54,307 nt of DNA from Acidobacteriota bacterium (GCA_019510095.1 JAEKLB010000023.1:1-54307); one strand, 5' to 3'. Shown: positions 10,396-24,847, counted from the stretch's first letter. Notes: generated by a model not told the origin, from the letters alone. Translations and numbers: made by a program.

Positions 10396-11472
10396 GTGTT
10401 CCTCCGTCATCTCTGGCTGACCGACTTCCGGAACTACGCCACTGCCGAGCTGGCGCCGGCCACCGGTCTCACCGCCATCGTCGGTGACAACGGCGAGGGC
10501 AAGACGAACCTGCTCGAGGCGATCGGCTACCTCGCCACGCTCTCGTCGTTCCGGGGGGCCCCGGGCGACGCGTTGCTGCGGTCGGGGTGTGAGCGGGCGA
10601 TCGTCCGGGCCGAGGTCGACAACGACGGTCGGGTGGCATCGGTCGAGGCCGAGCTCCACGCCATCGGTCGCGACCGGGTGCTGGTCAACCGCCAACCGTT
10701 GCGGCGGTCGCGCGACCTGCTGGGCACGGTGCGCACCACGGTGTTCTCCCCCGACGACCTCGCGCTGGTCAAAGGAGGGCCGGCCGAGCGGCGCCGGTTG
10801 CTCGATGACACCCTGGTCGCCTGCGCGGTCAAGCACGACGCCCTTCGCGCCGACGTCGATCGTGTGCTGCGCCAGCGCACCACTTTGCTCAAGCAGGCTG
10901 GGGGACGGCTCACGGCTGACATCGAGGCCACCCTCGAGGTCTGGGACGCCAAGTTGGCCGATGCCGGCGAACGGTTGGGTGACGCCCGCGACGAGCTCGC
11001 CACGCGCCTGGCCCCCTCAACCGCGGCTGCCTACGACGCCGTCGCCCCCCGCCCGGCCCGAGTGGGGCTGCGCTACGAGGCTCCGTGGCGGGACGAGGGA
11101 CTGGCCACCGCGCTGGCCAAGGCCCGGGCCGATGACGTCCGGCGCTCGGTGTCGACGGTCGGGCCCCACCGCGACGAGCTGGCCCTCTCGGTCGGTGGGT
11201 TGCCCGCCCGCACCCACGCCTCGCAGGGCGAGCAACGGTCGCTGGCGCTGGCATTGCGCCTGGCCACCCACGAGGTGGTGGGGGAGTCGGCCGGTAGCCC
11301 ACCCGTGCTCCTGCTCGACGACGTGTTCTCCGAGCTCGACGGCTTCCGCAGCGCCGCGTTGCTGCGCTCGCTGCCCGCGGGCCAAGCGTTGCTGACCACC
11401 GCGGGCGCCTTGCCGCCCGGCGCGGTGCCGGAGCTGCTCGTGCGCGTGCAGGGCGGCACGATCGTCCCGTGA
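10396..11472 (+). CDS. recF: DNA repair protein RecF
   Basis: FRNY, GDNGEGKTN, ASQGEQRS, LLLDDVFSELD. Confidence 0.97.
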   Translation: MFLRHLWLTDFRNYATAELAPATGLTAIVGDNGEGKTNLLEAIGYLATLSSFRGAPGDALLRSGCERAIVRAEVDNDGRVASVEAELHAIGRDRVLVNRQPLRRSRDLLGTVRTTVFSPDDLALVKGGPAERRRLLDDTLVACAVKHDALRADVDRVLRQRTTLLKQAGGRLTADIEATLEVWDAKLADAGERLGDARDELATRLAPSTAAAYDAVAPRPARVGLRYEAPWRDEGLATALAKARADDVRRSVSTVGPHRDELALSVGGLPARTHASQGEQRSLALALRLATHEVVGESAGSPPVLLLDDVFSELDGFRSAALLRSLPAGQALLTTAGALPPGAVPELLVRVQGGTIVP

Positions 11473-11789
11473 TCCGCCCGCTGCCCGGTGATGGTCCCGG
11501 TCCTCGCCGGGTGGGGGACTCGCTCGACCGCGTCACGACGTCGCTCGGCGTCCCTCGGTCGAGCACCTTGGCCAAGGTGTTCGCCGCCTGGCCCGATCTG
11601 GTGGGGGAGTCGGTCGCCGCCAATGCCCGGCCCCGCTCGCTGCGTGCCGGGACGCTCGTCGTGGCCGTGGAGGAACCGGCGTGGGCCACCCAGCTGCGGT
11701 TCCTGGAAGCCGACCTCCTGGCCCGCCTGGCCGAGGTCTTGGGAAGCGGCGAAATCGCTCGAATCGAGGTCACGGTCGCGAGGCGCTGA
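11469..11789 (+). CDS. dciA: DUF721/DciA helicase operator
   Basis: W..LVG..VA...P, AWATQLR; recF-gyrB position. Confidence 0.85.
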   Translation: MIRPLPGDGPGPRRVGDSLDRVTTSLGVPRSSTLAKVFAAWPDLVGESVAANARPRSLRAGTLVVAVEEPAWATQLRFLEADLLARLAEVLGSGEIARIEVTVARR

Positions 11790-11874
11790 CACACCTCGCT
11801 GGTACACTTTGGGCATTGCGAATCCGGCCGCTGACCTGCGATTTCACGCCGCAGCGGGCCTTCGCCTCGACTGA

Positions 11875-16283
<4,409 letters not shown>

Positions 16284-16331
16284 CCTCGTCTTCATCACTT
16301 CCCCCGCACAACCTGCGTTGACGGAGGACCG

Positions 16332-16679
16332 ATGGACACACGCGAGCGAGGCTCGATCATGCCGCTGGTGGCAGTGCTGGTGGTCGCCATGGGCGGCCTG
16401 TGCCTCCAGCTCGGACGGTTCGGCGGCCGCCTCGATGATGCCGCCCGGGCCCAGACGGCGGCCGACGCCGCGGCCTTGGCCGGCGCCGCCGACGGCCGTC
16501 GGGCGGCCACTGAGCTGGCCCAGGCCAACCACGGCGACCTGGTGGCGTACCGCCAGTCGGGATCCAAGGTCGCCGTCCGGGTGCAGGTCGGCGACTCCGT
16601 CGCCCGGGCCACGGCGGTAGCGGTCCCCCGGTTCGCCCCCGCTACGCTGACCCCCCGCTCGCCGGGTTCAGGAAGGTGA
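16332..16679 (+). CDS. TadE/TadG-like pilin-type protein
   Basis: ERGS prepilin-like site plus TM, then AQTAADAAALAGA; GGAGG RBS. Confidence 0.7.
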   Translation: MDTRERGSIMPLVAVLVVAMGGLCLQLGRFGGRLDDAARAQTAADAAALAGAADGRRAATELAQANHGDLVAYRQSGSKVAVRVQVGDSVARATAVAVPRFAPATLTPRSPGSGR

Positions 16680-16718
16680 CGCCCGGTTTCCGGGACTGAG
16701 CCTCCAGAACTCGGGGTT

Positions 16719-16792
16719 GGGGCTATAGCTCAGTCGGTTAGAGCGCATCCCTGATAAGGATGAGGTCGCAAGTTCGATTCTTGCTAGCCCCA
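16719..16792 (+). tRNA. tRNA-Ile(GAT), CCA not encoded
   Basis: Acceptor GGGGCTA/TAGCCCC, anticodon loop CT-GAT-AA, TTCGATT T-loop. Confidence 0.97.
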
Positions 16793-16828
16793 CTCGCACG
16801 TTCCCGGTCGCCGCTAGCTTCACCGCCG

Positions 16829-17638
16829 GTGCGCGTTCCCCGGTACTCCATCTGCCAGGCCGTTGTGCGGGGACACGACTTCGCCACCGATGTTGCGTGG
16901 ACAGCCGCCGCAGGGGCGACGGGGATCTGCCTCGCCGGTGATGCGGTCGAGGCCCACGGCGTCGAGGCGACCAAGGCGTTGCTCGCCGAGCACGGGTTGG
17001 CGGTGTCGAGCATCGAGCGGGCCGTCGGCTCGGTGTTGGCCGATGACCCGATCGAGGTGCAGGAGCAGCAGGTGGCCCGGGCGGTGGAGCTCTGCGTCGC
17101 GTTGGGCGCGCCGGCCGTGCTGATCACCACTGGTCCGATCGACGGGTCGGGCACCAGTGCGGTCGAGGCCGACCGCCAGTGCCGAGCGTGGTTCGAACGG
17201 ATGGCGCCGATCGCGGTGGCGGGCGGCGTGCGACTCATGCTCGAGCCGGTGCACCCGCTGCTGCGCTGGGTGAGCTACGTCCACACGCTTCGCCACGCGG
17301 TGGACCTCACCGGCGCGGCACCGGGCACCGGTGTGCTGGTCGACGTCGGCCATCTCTGGTGGGACCGCGATGTGCTCGACGACATCGCCACCCTTGCCGA
17401 CCAGATCGTGTCGGTCCAGATCGACGACGTCGATCCGGTGACGTTGCGCGAGTTCCGTTACACCCGTCTCCAACTCGGTGACGGCGCCATCCCGTTGCCC
17501 ACCCTGGTCGGGGCCCTCGAGGCTGCCGGCTACACCGGCTGGTACGAGAACGAGAACGGCATGCGCATGAAGCGCGAGGACCGGATCGAGTTCTTCCGTG
17601 AGGGTGGCCGTCGACTGGCCGAGCTGCTCGGCGGCTGA
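16829..17638 (+). CDS. Sugar phosphate isomerase/epimerase (xylose isomerase-like TIM barrel)
   Basis: LEPVHP, DVGHLWW, VQIDD, GDG, GYTGWYE; leaderless GTG after TAGCTT. Confidence 0.85.
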   Translation: MRVPRYSICQAVVRGHDFATDVAWTAAAGATGICLAGDAVEAHGVEATKALLAEHGLAVSSIERAVGSVLADDPIEVQEQQVARAVELCVALGAPAVLITTGPIDGSGTSAVEADRQCRAWFERMAPIAVAGGVRLMLEPVHPLLRWVSYVHTLRHAVDLTGAAPGTGVLVDVGHLWWDRDVLDDIATLADQIVSVQIDDVDPVTLREFRYTRLQLGDGAIPLPTLVGALEAAGYTGWYENENGMRMKREDRIEFFREGGRRLAELLGG

Positions 17639-17813
17639 CACACCCCCGCCGCACCGAGAAGATCATCGGCGGCCACGAATGCCGTCGTTCCGGCGGCACC
17701 CCCGCACGGACCGTGCGGCCGGCATCTTCCTGTGCGTTTGCGTTCCTCACGTTGTTGGGCACGCGAGCGCGCGCCCTCATCGCGAGAGCCAGCGACACAG
17801 CAGGAGGTTGGCG

Positions 17814-18629
17814 ATGGGAAGGAAGCACTGGATCAGTGCTGCGGCGGTCGGCTTGGCCGTCGCGGTGCCCTTCTTGGACGTGCCGGGAACGACTGCGGCG
17901 ACCCCGGCCGTGGCCATGGCGGCCGCTGCAGGCGGCGATGGCATCTGGGTGGCCGATGCCGGCGGTGGCGTCACGACGCATGGCGCCGCTGCGGGGTTCT
18001 ACGGGTCGGCGTCGCCAGCGGCACCGCGGAAGCCGATCACCGGCATCGCCAGGACGGTGTCGGGCAAGGGGTACTGGCTGGCAGGTGAGGACGGGAGCGT
18101 CTTCACCTATGGCGATGCCCCGTTCCACGGCTCGATGGGCGGCGTGCGGCTGGCGAAGAAGATCGTCGGCATGGCTGCCGACCCGGCCGGTCGTGGGTAT
18201 TGGCTGACCGGAGCCGACGGTGGTGTGTTCAGCTTCGGTGCGCCGTACTTCGGCTCGAGTGGTGCCATCAAGCTGCAGCAGGACGTGACCGGAATGGCTT
18301 CGACAGCGACGGGCAAGGGCTACTGGCTCGTCGCCAAGGACGGTGGCGTCTTCACCTACGGCGATGCCCGCTTCTCCGGCTCGACGGCGTCGATGCATCT
18401 CAAGCAGGCGGTCGTGGCCATGGCGCCCGACCCTGATGGCGTCGGTTACTGGCTCGCCACCGCTGACGGCGCGGTGTACTCCTTCGACGCCGCCTTCCAT
18501 GGCGCAGGCGTCGGCCGACTGGCCGCCGGCGATCGCGTCGTCGGCATGGTCGCCGCGCCCAACGACGGCTACTGGCTGCTGACAGCCAGCGGCAGCCTGC
18601 TGGCCTTCGGGGGGGCCCGCACGCTCTGA
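17814..18629 (+). CDS. Secreted protein made of six ~42-aa GYWL..DGGVF.GDA.F.GS repeats
   Basis: AGGAGG RBS, signal-peptide-like N-terminus, tandem repeats visible in the translation. Confidence 0.85.
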   Translation: MGRKHWISAAAVGLAVAVPFLDVPGTTAATPAVAMAAAAGGDGIWVADAGGGVTTHGAAAGFYGSASPAAPRKPITGIARTVSGKGYWLAGEDGSVFTYGDAPFHGSMGGVRLAKKIVGMAADPAGRGYWLTGADGGVFSFGAPYFGSSGAIKLQQDVTGMASTATGKGYWLVAKDGGVFTYGDARFSGSTASMHLKQAVVAMAPDPDGVGYWLATADGAVYSFDAAFHGAGVGRLAAGDRVVGMVAAPNDGYWLLTASGSLLAFGGARTL

Positions 18630-18638
18630 CGTGCGGGA

Positions 18639-18676
18639 GCGCGGGCACCGATCCTTGGCGGGGTCGGTGCCCGCGT
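18639..18676. terminator. Strong hairpin (I-shaped terminator)
   Basis: GCGGGCACCGATCC-loop-GGGTCGGTGCCCGC immediately after the stop codon. Confidence 0.65.
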
Positions 18677-18734
18677 CGGCACCGAGCATCCCGCTGCCCT
18701 CCAGTCGGTTGCGAGCGGGGTACCGTCGGCACCC

Positions 18735-18872
18735 ATGCGATTCCTGCGACGGGCCCTGGTCGCCCTCGGCGTGACGGGACTGATCGCCGCCGTCCTGCGG
18801 CTACGGGGCACCGGTGGCGTGCCGCCCCAGTCGGGAGGCTGGCGGGAGCTCAGCGGTCCCGACCTTCGCTGA
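18735..18872 (+). CDS. 45-aa single-TM small protein (not in ORF track)
   Basis: MRFLRRALVALGVTGLIAAVLRLRGTGGVPPQSGGWRELSGPDLR; TACCGT 8 nt upstream; ends 9 nt before the next gene. Confidence 0.7.
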   Translation: MRFLRRALVALGVTGLIAAVLRLRGTGGVPPQSGGWRELSGPDLR

Positions 18873-18881
18873 GGTGACCCG

Positions 18882-19880
18882 ATGAGGATCGCGGTCCTGG
18901 GTGCCGGCGCCGTCGGCGCCCGGACGGCACGCCAGCTGGCGTCGACCGACGCCGTCGAGTCCGTACAGGTCGCTGATGCCATCGGCCGGCGGGCCGAGTC
19001 GGTGGCCGATGCCATCGACGACCGGTCGCGGGTGCGGGCCGTGCCGTACGACAGCTGGGCCGACGGTGCCGACGTCGTCGTCCTGTGCCACCCCGGCGGC
19101 GATCACGGCGCCCTTGCCGAGGGTTTCGTGCAGGCCGGGGTGAGCGTGGTGTCGGTGAGCGACGATGTCGACGACGTCCAGGCCCTGCTGGCCCTCGATG
19201 GCGCGGCTCGGCGCGCGGAGGTCTCGGTGGTAGCCGGGGCCGGCTTCGCGCCCGGGCTCACCGACGTGTTGGCAGCCCATGCCGCCGCCCAGTTCGACGG
19301 CGTCGACGAGGTGCACGTAGCCAAGGTGGGTACCGGCGGCCCCGCCTGCGCCCGGGCCCACCATGGCGCCCTCGCCGGCGAGGCCACCGATTGGCGGGAC
19401 GGGGTCTGGCAGCACCGGCGGGCGGGCACCGGTCGGGAGCTGTGCTGGTTCCCCGACCCGGTGCGGGCCCAGGACTGCTACCGGGCTGCTGCGCCCGATG
19501 CGCTGCTGCTGGTGCCGGCGTTTCCCGGTGTGTCGAGGGTGACGGCGCGCGTCGCGGCCAACCGCCGTGACCGCCTCACCGCCCGCCTCCCGATGCTGCG
19601 GCCGCCCCATCCCGAAGGCGGCATCGGCGCCATCCGGGTCGAGCTGCGCGGGCGGCGGGGCCCGGTCCGGGAGGTCGTGGTGTTCGGGGTCATGGACCGC
19701 CCGGCGGTGGCGGCCGGCGCGGTGGCCGCCCTCGCCGCCGTGGAGGCTGGGGCCGGACGGCTGCGCCGCGCCGGGGCGGCCGGGTTGGCCGAGCTGGTGG
19801 AGCCGGTGCCGTTCCTGGCCGAGCTCGCCCGCCGTGGGGTCAAGGCCGCCGTGTTCGAGGGGTCGGCCCCCGGCCTCTAG
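18882..19880 (+). CDS. NAD(P)-dependent oxidoreductase, saccharopine dehydrogenase-like
   Basis: GAGAVG Rossmann motif; GAGFAPGLTDVLA. Confidence 0.75.
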   Translation: MRIAVLGAGAVGARTARQLASTDAVESVQVADAIGRRAESVADAIDDRSRVRAVPYDSWADGADVVVLCHPGGDHGALAEGFVQAGVSVVSVSDDVDDVQALLALDGAARRAEVSVVAGAGFAPGLTDVLAAHAAAQFDGVDEVHVAKVGTGGPACARAHHGALAGEATDWRDGVWQHRRAGTGRELCWFPDPVRAQDCYRAAAPDALLLVPAFPGVSRVTARVAANRRDRLTARLPMLRPPHPEGGIGAIRVELRGRRGPVREVVVFGVMDRPAVAAGAVAALAAVEAGAGRLRRAGAAGLAELVEPVPFLAELARRGVKAAVFEGSAPGL

Positions 19881-19889
19881 ACGTCCAGC

Positions 19890-19910
19890 TGTAACTGTGT
19901 AATTCTGTAA
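19890..19910 (+). promoter_or_regulatory. Three TGTAA direct repeats with 8-bp period (putative operator)
   Basis: TGTAA at 19890, 19898 and 19906, abutting the start codon. Confidence 0.7.
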
Positions 19911-20411
19911 GTGATGAGTGAGATCGCGGGATGGTTCACCGGCCGGCTGCCCGATGGGTGGTTCACCGCGCCGCCCGAGGTCGACGCCGACCGGGACGAG
20001 ATCCTGGTGGTGGGCACCCTCGTCCCGCCCGAGGTCGAGGGCAGCGACGACGCGGTGGCCGCGGCCTGTGCGGCCCGGGCCAAGCGGTTCCGCGAGGAGA
20101 CCCGAGCTACCCGGGTGGCGATCGCCGAGGAGGCCGAGCACCGGTTCGGGCGCAAGGTGGCCTGGGGCGTCGAGATCAGGGGCGACCGCTACCTGTTCAC
20201 TCATCTGGCCGTCCCGGTGATGACCCGCCTGCGGTTCAGCGAGCGGGTGGTGCTCGACACCCTCATCGACGCCGGCGTCGCCCGGAGCCGGAGCGAGGCG
20301 CTGGCCTGGTGCGTGCGGCTGGTCGACCGTCACCAGGGCGACTGGATCACCCAGCTCCGCGACGCGCTCGCCCACGTCGAGGAGGCCCGGCGGTCGGGCC
20401 CCGATCTGTAG
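19911..20411 (+). CDS. Conserved actinobacterial protein with a C-terminal ribbon-helix-helix-like segment
   Basis: PVMTRLRFSERVVLDTLIDAGVARSRSEALAWCV matches the beta-alpha-alpha RHH pattern (inference). Confidence 0.75.
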   Translation: MMSEIAGWFTGRLPDGWFTAPPEVDADRDEILVVGTLVPPEVEGSDDAVAAACAARAKRFREETRATRVAIAEEAEHRFGRKVAWGVEIRGDRYLFTHLAVPVMTRLRFSERVVLDTLIDAGVARSRSEALAWCVRLVDRHQGDWITQLRDALAHVEEARRSGPDL

Positions 20412-20421
20412 GAGCCGCTGG

Positions 20422-21063
20422 TTACGGCCGGGTGAGGCGCTCGAACAGGCCCAGCTGGTCGGGCTGGTGGCGCAGCAGCTCGGGGTGCCATTGGACGGCG
20501 GTGATGTGCGTCGCCTGCCTGACCTCGATCGCCTCGATCGTGCCGTCGTCGGACCAGGCCGTGACCGTGACGCCCGCCCCCGGCCGGTCGAGGGCCTGGT
20601 GATGCAGGGAGTTCACCTCGGCCTCGCGCCCGTCGTCGAAGGTGATGTGGTGGGTCACCGAGCGATGCCCGTCGATGTGCTGGATGAGCGAGCCGCCGAG
20701 GGCGACGTTGAGGATCTGGGCGCCCCGGCAGATGGCGAGGGCCGGCGTCCCATGCTCGAGGACGGCCTGCCAGAGGGCCACGTCGAACGCGTCCCGGTCG
20801 GTGTCGATGCCGTCGGTCTCGGGTTGCGTCTCCTGGCCGTACAAGGCGGGGTCGACGTCACCGCCCCCGGCGATGACCACGGCGTCGACCGACGCCAGCA
20901 GCTCGACGGCGTCGCTGGGGTCCACGACCGGGAGGAGCACGGGGAGGCCGCCGGCCTTGATGACCGAGCGGATGTAGGCGCGGGGCACGGTGTCGTTGGG
21001 CTCGTCGATCGTGCCGACGGGCACGTCGCGCGGCCAGGTCGTGATGCCGACCCGTTGCTTCAC
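20422..21063 (-). CDS. Peptidase C26 / gamma-glutamyl-gamma-aminobutyrate hydrolase family
   Basis: GGGDVDP, AICRGAQ, VNSLHHQ, VQWHPE. Confidence 0.9.
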   Translation of the reverse strand: MKQRVGITTWPRDVPVGTIDEPNDTVPRAYIRSVIKAGGLPVLLPVVDPSDAVELLASVDAVVIAGGGDVDPALYGQETQPETDGIDTDRDAFDVALWQAVLEHGTPALAICRGAQILNVALGGSLIQHIDGHRSVTHHITFDDGREAEVNSLHHQALDRPGAGVTVTAWSDDGTIEAIEVRQATHITAVQWHPELLRHQPDQLGLFERLTRP

Positions 21064-21845
21064 GGCTTGGTTGCCTTGAGGCTGTACGAGAGCGGAACCG
21101 TCGAATCGGGCAGCGACCACATCCCATCCTCGCGGCGCACCATGGTGTCGTCGTTGAGGTTCCACGTCGTGGACGGCCACTCGTGCAGCCACTCGATGCG
21201 GAGCCCGGCTGTGGCCACCGCGGTCACCACGTCGCCGATGCCGTGGCTGAACTCCCAGCTGGCGTTGTGCTCGAACACCGCCTCGCGATCGGCGTAGGTG
21301 CCGTCGGGCTCGTCGAAGAACGCCGCTGAGCCCCCGCCGTACCCCTCGCCCCAGCGCAGCGCCGTCGCATACGGGTGCATCTCGGCGAGGTAGAGGAACC
21401 CAGCTGATCGCAGCAGCGACGCCACGGCCTTGGCCCACCGCCGGAGGTCGGGGAGCCAGATGAGAGCGCCCCACGACACGTAGACGATGTCGAAGTCGCC
21501 GTCGAGGGTGGCCCGGGCGTCCTCCACGGTCGACACCACGAAGCTGGCCCGGTCGGCGAGGTCGATCCGCATGGCCAGCTGCCGGGCGGCGTCGATAGCT
21601 GGCGCCGAGAAGTCGACGCCCACCGTCTCGGCGCCGAGTCGCGCCCAGGTGAGGGTGTCGAGCCCGAAGTGGCACTGGAGGTGGCACAGGCGCTTGCCGT
21701 CGACCGGTCCGACCTCGTCGACCTCGAACGGGGCGAGCGTCGAGCGGCCGGCGACGAAGCTGTCGACGTCGTAGAAGTCAGACGCGACGTGCGAGGGCAC
21801 CCGCTCGTCCCAGAGGCGCCGGTTGATCTCGACCCGCTCGTCCAT
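21060..21845 (-). CDS. Class I SAM-dependent methyltransferase
   Basis: HLQCHFGLDT, GVDFS, FDIVY, GALIWLPDL. Confidence 0.88.
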   Translation of the reverse strand: MDERVEINRRLWDERVPSHVASDFYDVDSFVAGRSTLAPFEVDEVGPVDGKRLCHLQCHFGLDTLTWARLGAETVGVDFSAPAIDAARQLAMRIDLADRASFVVSTVEDARATLDGDFDIVYVSWGALIWLPDLRRWAKAVASLLRSAGFLYLAEMHPYATALRWGEGYGGGSAAFFDEPDGTYADREAVFEHNASWEFSHGIGDVVTAVATAGLRIEWLHEWPSTTWNLNDDTMVRREDGMWSLPDSTVPLSYSLKATKP

Positions 21846-21868
21846 GGCGAGCGCAGCGTAAAGGTCGG

Positions 21869-22942
21869 TCAGGACGGCCGGAACACGCTGGCCAGCTCTT
21901 CGGGCACCGGCCGGTCGAGCTGGTCGTAGGTGCACGAGGCCGGTTCGCGATCGGGGCGCCACCGCACGAACTTGGTGGCGTGGCGGAAGCGGTTGCCCTG
22001 GAGGTTGTCGTAGCCGACCTCGGCCACCTGCTCGACCCGCAGGGGCTCCCACGACATGTCCTTGTTGGCGTTCCACCGGTTGCCGGCGCCGGGAAGCCGT
22101 TGCCCCTGCTCGGCCATGACCGCGGTGGCCCAGTCGCGCCAGGGGTGCCCGTCGAGCGCGTTGTCCCGCAGTGGTGCCACCTCCTCGACCAGCTCTCGCC
22201 GGCGGGCGGCGGAGAACGATGTCGCCACGCCGACGTGGTTGAGGTGGCCGGCGTCGTCGTAGAGGCCGAGGAGGAGCGAGCCGATGCCTTCGCCGTCCTT
22301 GTGCCACCGGAAGCCAGCCACCGCGCAGTCGGCAGTGCGATCGTGCTTCACCTTCAGCATGACCCGCTTGTCCTCCTGGTACTGGAGGTCGACCGACTTG
22401 GCGACGACACCGTCGAGCCCGGCGCCCTCGAAGCGGTCGAACCAGTCGGAGGCCACGGTCGGGTCGGTCGTCGCCGGCGTGAGGTGCACCGGTGAGACGG
22501 CGTCGGCGAGCGCGGCTTCCAACGCGGCTCGGCGGTCGGAGAACGGTCGACCGCGGAGGTCGTCATCGCCGAGGGCGAGAAGGTCGAAGGCGACGAACGA
22601 CGCCGGCGTCTGCTCGGCCAGCAGCTTGATGCGTGATGCGGCCGGATGGATTCGCTGTTGGAGGGCGTCGAAGTCGAGCCCGTGGGAGGAGGCGATCACG
22701 ATCTCGCCATCGAGCACCACCCGATCGGGAAGCTGTTCACCGAGGGCGATCACCAGCTCGGGGAAGTAGCGGGTGAGCGGCTTCTCGTTGCGGCTGCCGA
22801 GCTCGATCTCGCTGCCGTCCTTGAACACGATGCAGCGGAAGCCGTCCCACTTGGGCTCGTAGACCAGGGAGTCGCCCGTCGGCAGCTCGCGGCTGAGCTT
22901 GGCCAGCATGGGCTTCACGGGGGGCATGACGGGGAGCTTCAC
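21869..22942 (-). CDS. ligC: ATP-dependent DNA ligase LigC
   Basis: EPKWDGFR adenylation motif, [23 protein letters not shown]. Confidence 0.93.
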   Translation of the reverse strand: MKLPVMPPVKPMLAKLSRELPTGDSLVYEPKWDGFRCIVFKDGSEIELGSRNEKPLTRYFPELVIALGEQLPDRVVLDGEIVIASSHGLDFDALQQRIHPAASRIKLLAEQTPASFVAFDLLALGDDDLRGRPFSDRRAALEAALADAVSPVHLTPATTDPTVASDWFDRFEGAGLDGVVAKSVDLQYQEDKRVMLKVKHDRTADCAVAGFRWHKDGEGIGSLLLGLYDDAGHLNHVGVATSFSAARRRELVEEVAPLRDNALDGHPWRDWATAVMAEQGQRLPGAGNRWNANKDMSWEPLRVEQVAEVGYDNLQGNRFRHATKFVRWRPDREPASCTYDQLDRPVPEELASVFRPS

Positions 22943-23775
22943 TTGAGCAACCTCGAGAGACGTCGGTCGGCCAGGACCTTGCCGTCGGTCTGGCACGCGG
23001 GGCAGTAGGTCACCTCGTACGACTCGTACGACACCCGTTGCATGGTCTCGCCGCACGCCGGGCACGGCTGGCCGTGCTTGTGGTGGACGATCCAGTGGTC
23101 GCCGACCTTGGCGGGCAGACCGCCACGCCTGGCCCGCTCGTGGTCAAGACCCTCCTCGAGGACCTCGTGGATGGCGGTCAGCAAGCCCTCCCGTTGCGGC
23201 GCGCTGAGCGAGGCGAGTGACGCGTAGGGCGAGAGCTTGGCCCGGTGAAGGGCGTCGTCGGTGTAGCCCCGGCCCATGCCGGCGACGGTGCGCTGGTCGC
23301 GGAGGATGGTGTGGACCCGGCGCCGGTCGTCGCTGTGGCGAACGAGCTCGGCGAACTCGTCGCTGGTTGCCTCTGGGCCCAACCCCGCCATCGGGCCGTC
23401 ATCGCCCGGGCCGAGCACCCACCACCCGGCCTTGCGCTCGGTGCCGAACTCCTTGACGAGCACCGAGGGGCGGCCGGTGAAGCGAAGGCGCACGACGCCT
23501 TGCTTGGGCTTGGTGGCCTTGGGTGGGTCCTCGACATCGACCCGCCCGCCCTGGGACAGATGGATCAGCAGCCGCAGCCCGGCACCGAAGTCCCACACGA
23601 GGTACTTGCCGCGCCGCCCGACGCCTTCGAGGGTGCGCCCCACGAGGGAGGCCGGGTCGGGGTCGAAGGTCTTGAGGGCGGCGAACTGCAAGGGCTGGTA
23701 ACCAGCGAGCTCGCCGCCCGCCACCGCGGCATCGAGTCGTTCGGCCAGCGCTTGCATCTCCGGCAGCTCAGGCAT
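22939..23775 (-). CDS. Fpg/Nei family DNA glycosylase
   Basis: MPELPE N-terminus, RRGKY, H2TH region, C-terminal CPACG..CPACQ zinc finger. Confidence 0.92.
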   Translation of the reverse strand: MPELPEMQALAERLDAAVAGGELAGYQPLQFAALKTFDPDPASLVGRTLEGVGRRGKYLVWDFGAGLRLLIHLSQGGRVDVEDPPKATKPKQGVVRLRFTGRPSVLVKEFGTERKAGWWVLGPGDDGPMAGLGPEATSDEFAELVRHSDDRRRVHTILRDQRTVAGMGRGYTDDALHRAKLSPYASLASLSAPQREGLLTAIHEVLEEGLDHERARRGGLPAKVGDHWIVHHKHGQPCPACGETMQRVSYESYEVTYCPACQTDGKVLADRRLSRLLK

Positions 23776-24847
23776 CGTCAGCTCCGAGGAGCTCGCGTGC
23801 CCGGGCGGCGCGTGACGCCAGGTTCTCCGGGAGCCCGTCGAGGGTGGGCGGCAGCCCGGAGGTGGCCAGCGACACCAGCAGCTCGACCTCGGCCAGCCAG
23901 TCGTCGACCAGCACCGTCTCTGGCGCGATCCCCTCGCCGGCGTCAGCGGCGTTGTGGTAGTTGCCGAGCGGCACCGCCAGGCCCGACGCCCGGTACCCGA
24001 GGGCCGAGAACACTGTCGCCTCGCACACGCCGCCGTCCATCAGCTTGCGGCGGTAGGGCACACCGGCGCGCTCGGCCGCGGCGCGGAGGGCCTCGGTGAG
24101 GCCGTTGTCGAACACGCTCATGCGATCACCGACGCGCACGATCACGCCCGCTCCTTGCGGCGCCTCGGGCAGCGCCTTCGAGCACTCGAGGGAGACGACG
24201 CTGGCGTTGCTCGGCACGGTGCCGAGCCGGGCCGCTTCGAACGCGCCGAGCAGCCCGTCCTCCTCCGCCCTGGTGAACAAGCCCCAGACCGGCACGGCCG
24301 GCTCGGGCACCCGGTCGAGGCAGGCGAGGATGGCGGCCACGCCGAGCAGGTCGTCGCAGACCCGCACGGTGATGCGGCCGTCGTCGATCGACCAGCCGGG
24401 AAAGCCCCACATGGCGAGGTCGCCGGCGCCGGCCTCACCCTCGAGGAGCTCGGCGGTGGCGCCGGTCAACGACCCGTCGGGCCGGAGCTCGGCGGCGGTC
24501 AGTCGGGCTCGCCCGGCACGGTCGACCTCGCCAGGGCGGAACACATCGACTGGTGTGCCGGCGATGTCGCCGACCGGGCGGACCCCGCCGCGGAACTCGA
24601 GGCTGACCTGGCCGGCATCGACCGAGGTGACGACGAAGCCGGGGTGGTCGAGGTGAGCGACGAGCACCAGCGGTGGCAGGCCGTTGGCGGCGCCCGACTT
24701 CACCAGCACGTTGCCGGCGGCGTCCCGGCTGGCGTCGAGCCCCCGCTCGGCTGCGAAGTCGACGCAGAACCCGGCGGTGAGGTCCTCGAGGAACGGCACC
24801 GTGGGCAGCGACAGGAGCGCTTCGGCGATGGCGAGGGGATCGGTCAC
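23768..24847 (-). CDS. M20/M28/M42 family metallopeptidase
   Basis: AHLDH, CDDLLG, AEEDG and YHN metal-ligand motifs. Confidence 0.8.
   Translation of the reverse strand: MTDPLAIAEALLSLPTVPFLEDLTAGFCVDFAAERGLDASRDAAGNVLVKSGAANGLPPLVLVAHLDHPGFVVTSVDAGQVSLEFRGGVRPVGDIAGTPVDVFRPGEVDRAGRARLTAAELRPDGSLTGATAELLEGEAGAGDLAMWGFPGWSIDDGRITVRVCDDLLGVAAILACLDRVPEPAVPVWGLFTRAEEDGLLGAFEAARLGTVPSNASVVSLECSKALPEAPQGAGVIVRVGDRMSVFDNGLTEALRAAAERAGVPYRRKLMDGGVCEATVFSALGYRASGLAVPLGNYHNAADAGEGIAPETVLVDDWLAEVELLVSLATSGLPPTLDGLPENLASRAARARELLGADDA

Noticed and set aside
16651-16718. Hairpin in the tRNA-Ile leader with a GGAAGG loop (SRP-like?)
   Set aside because: Too short and lacks the SRP helix-8 consensus; likely pre-tRNA leader
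17740-17813. Possible c-di-GMP-II riboswitch (TTGGGCAC...GAGCCAG) before the GYWL protein
   Set aside because: No GTGC pseudoknot partner or GGAA/GAA elements; only a weak GCCAGC/GTTGGC stem around the RBS
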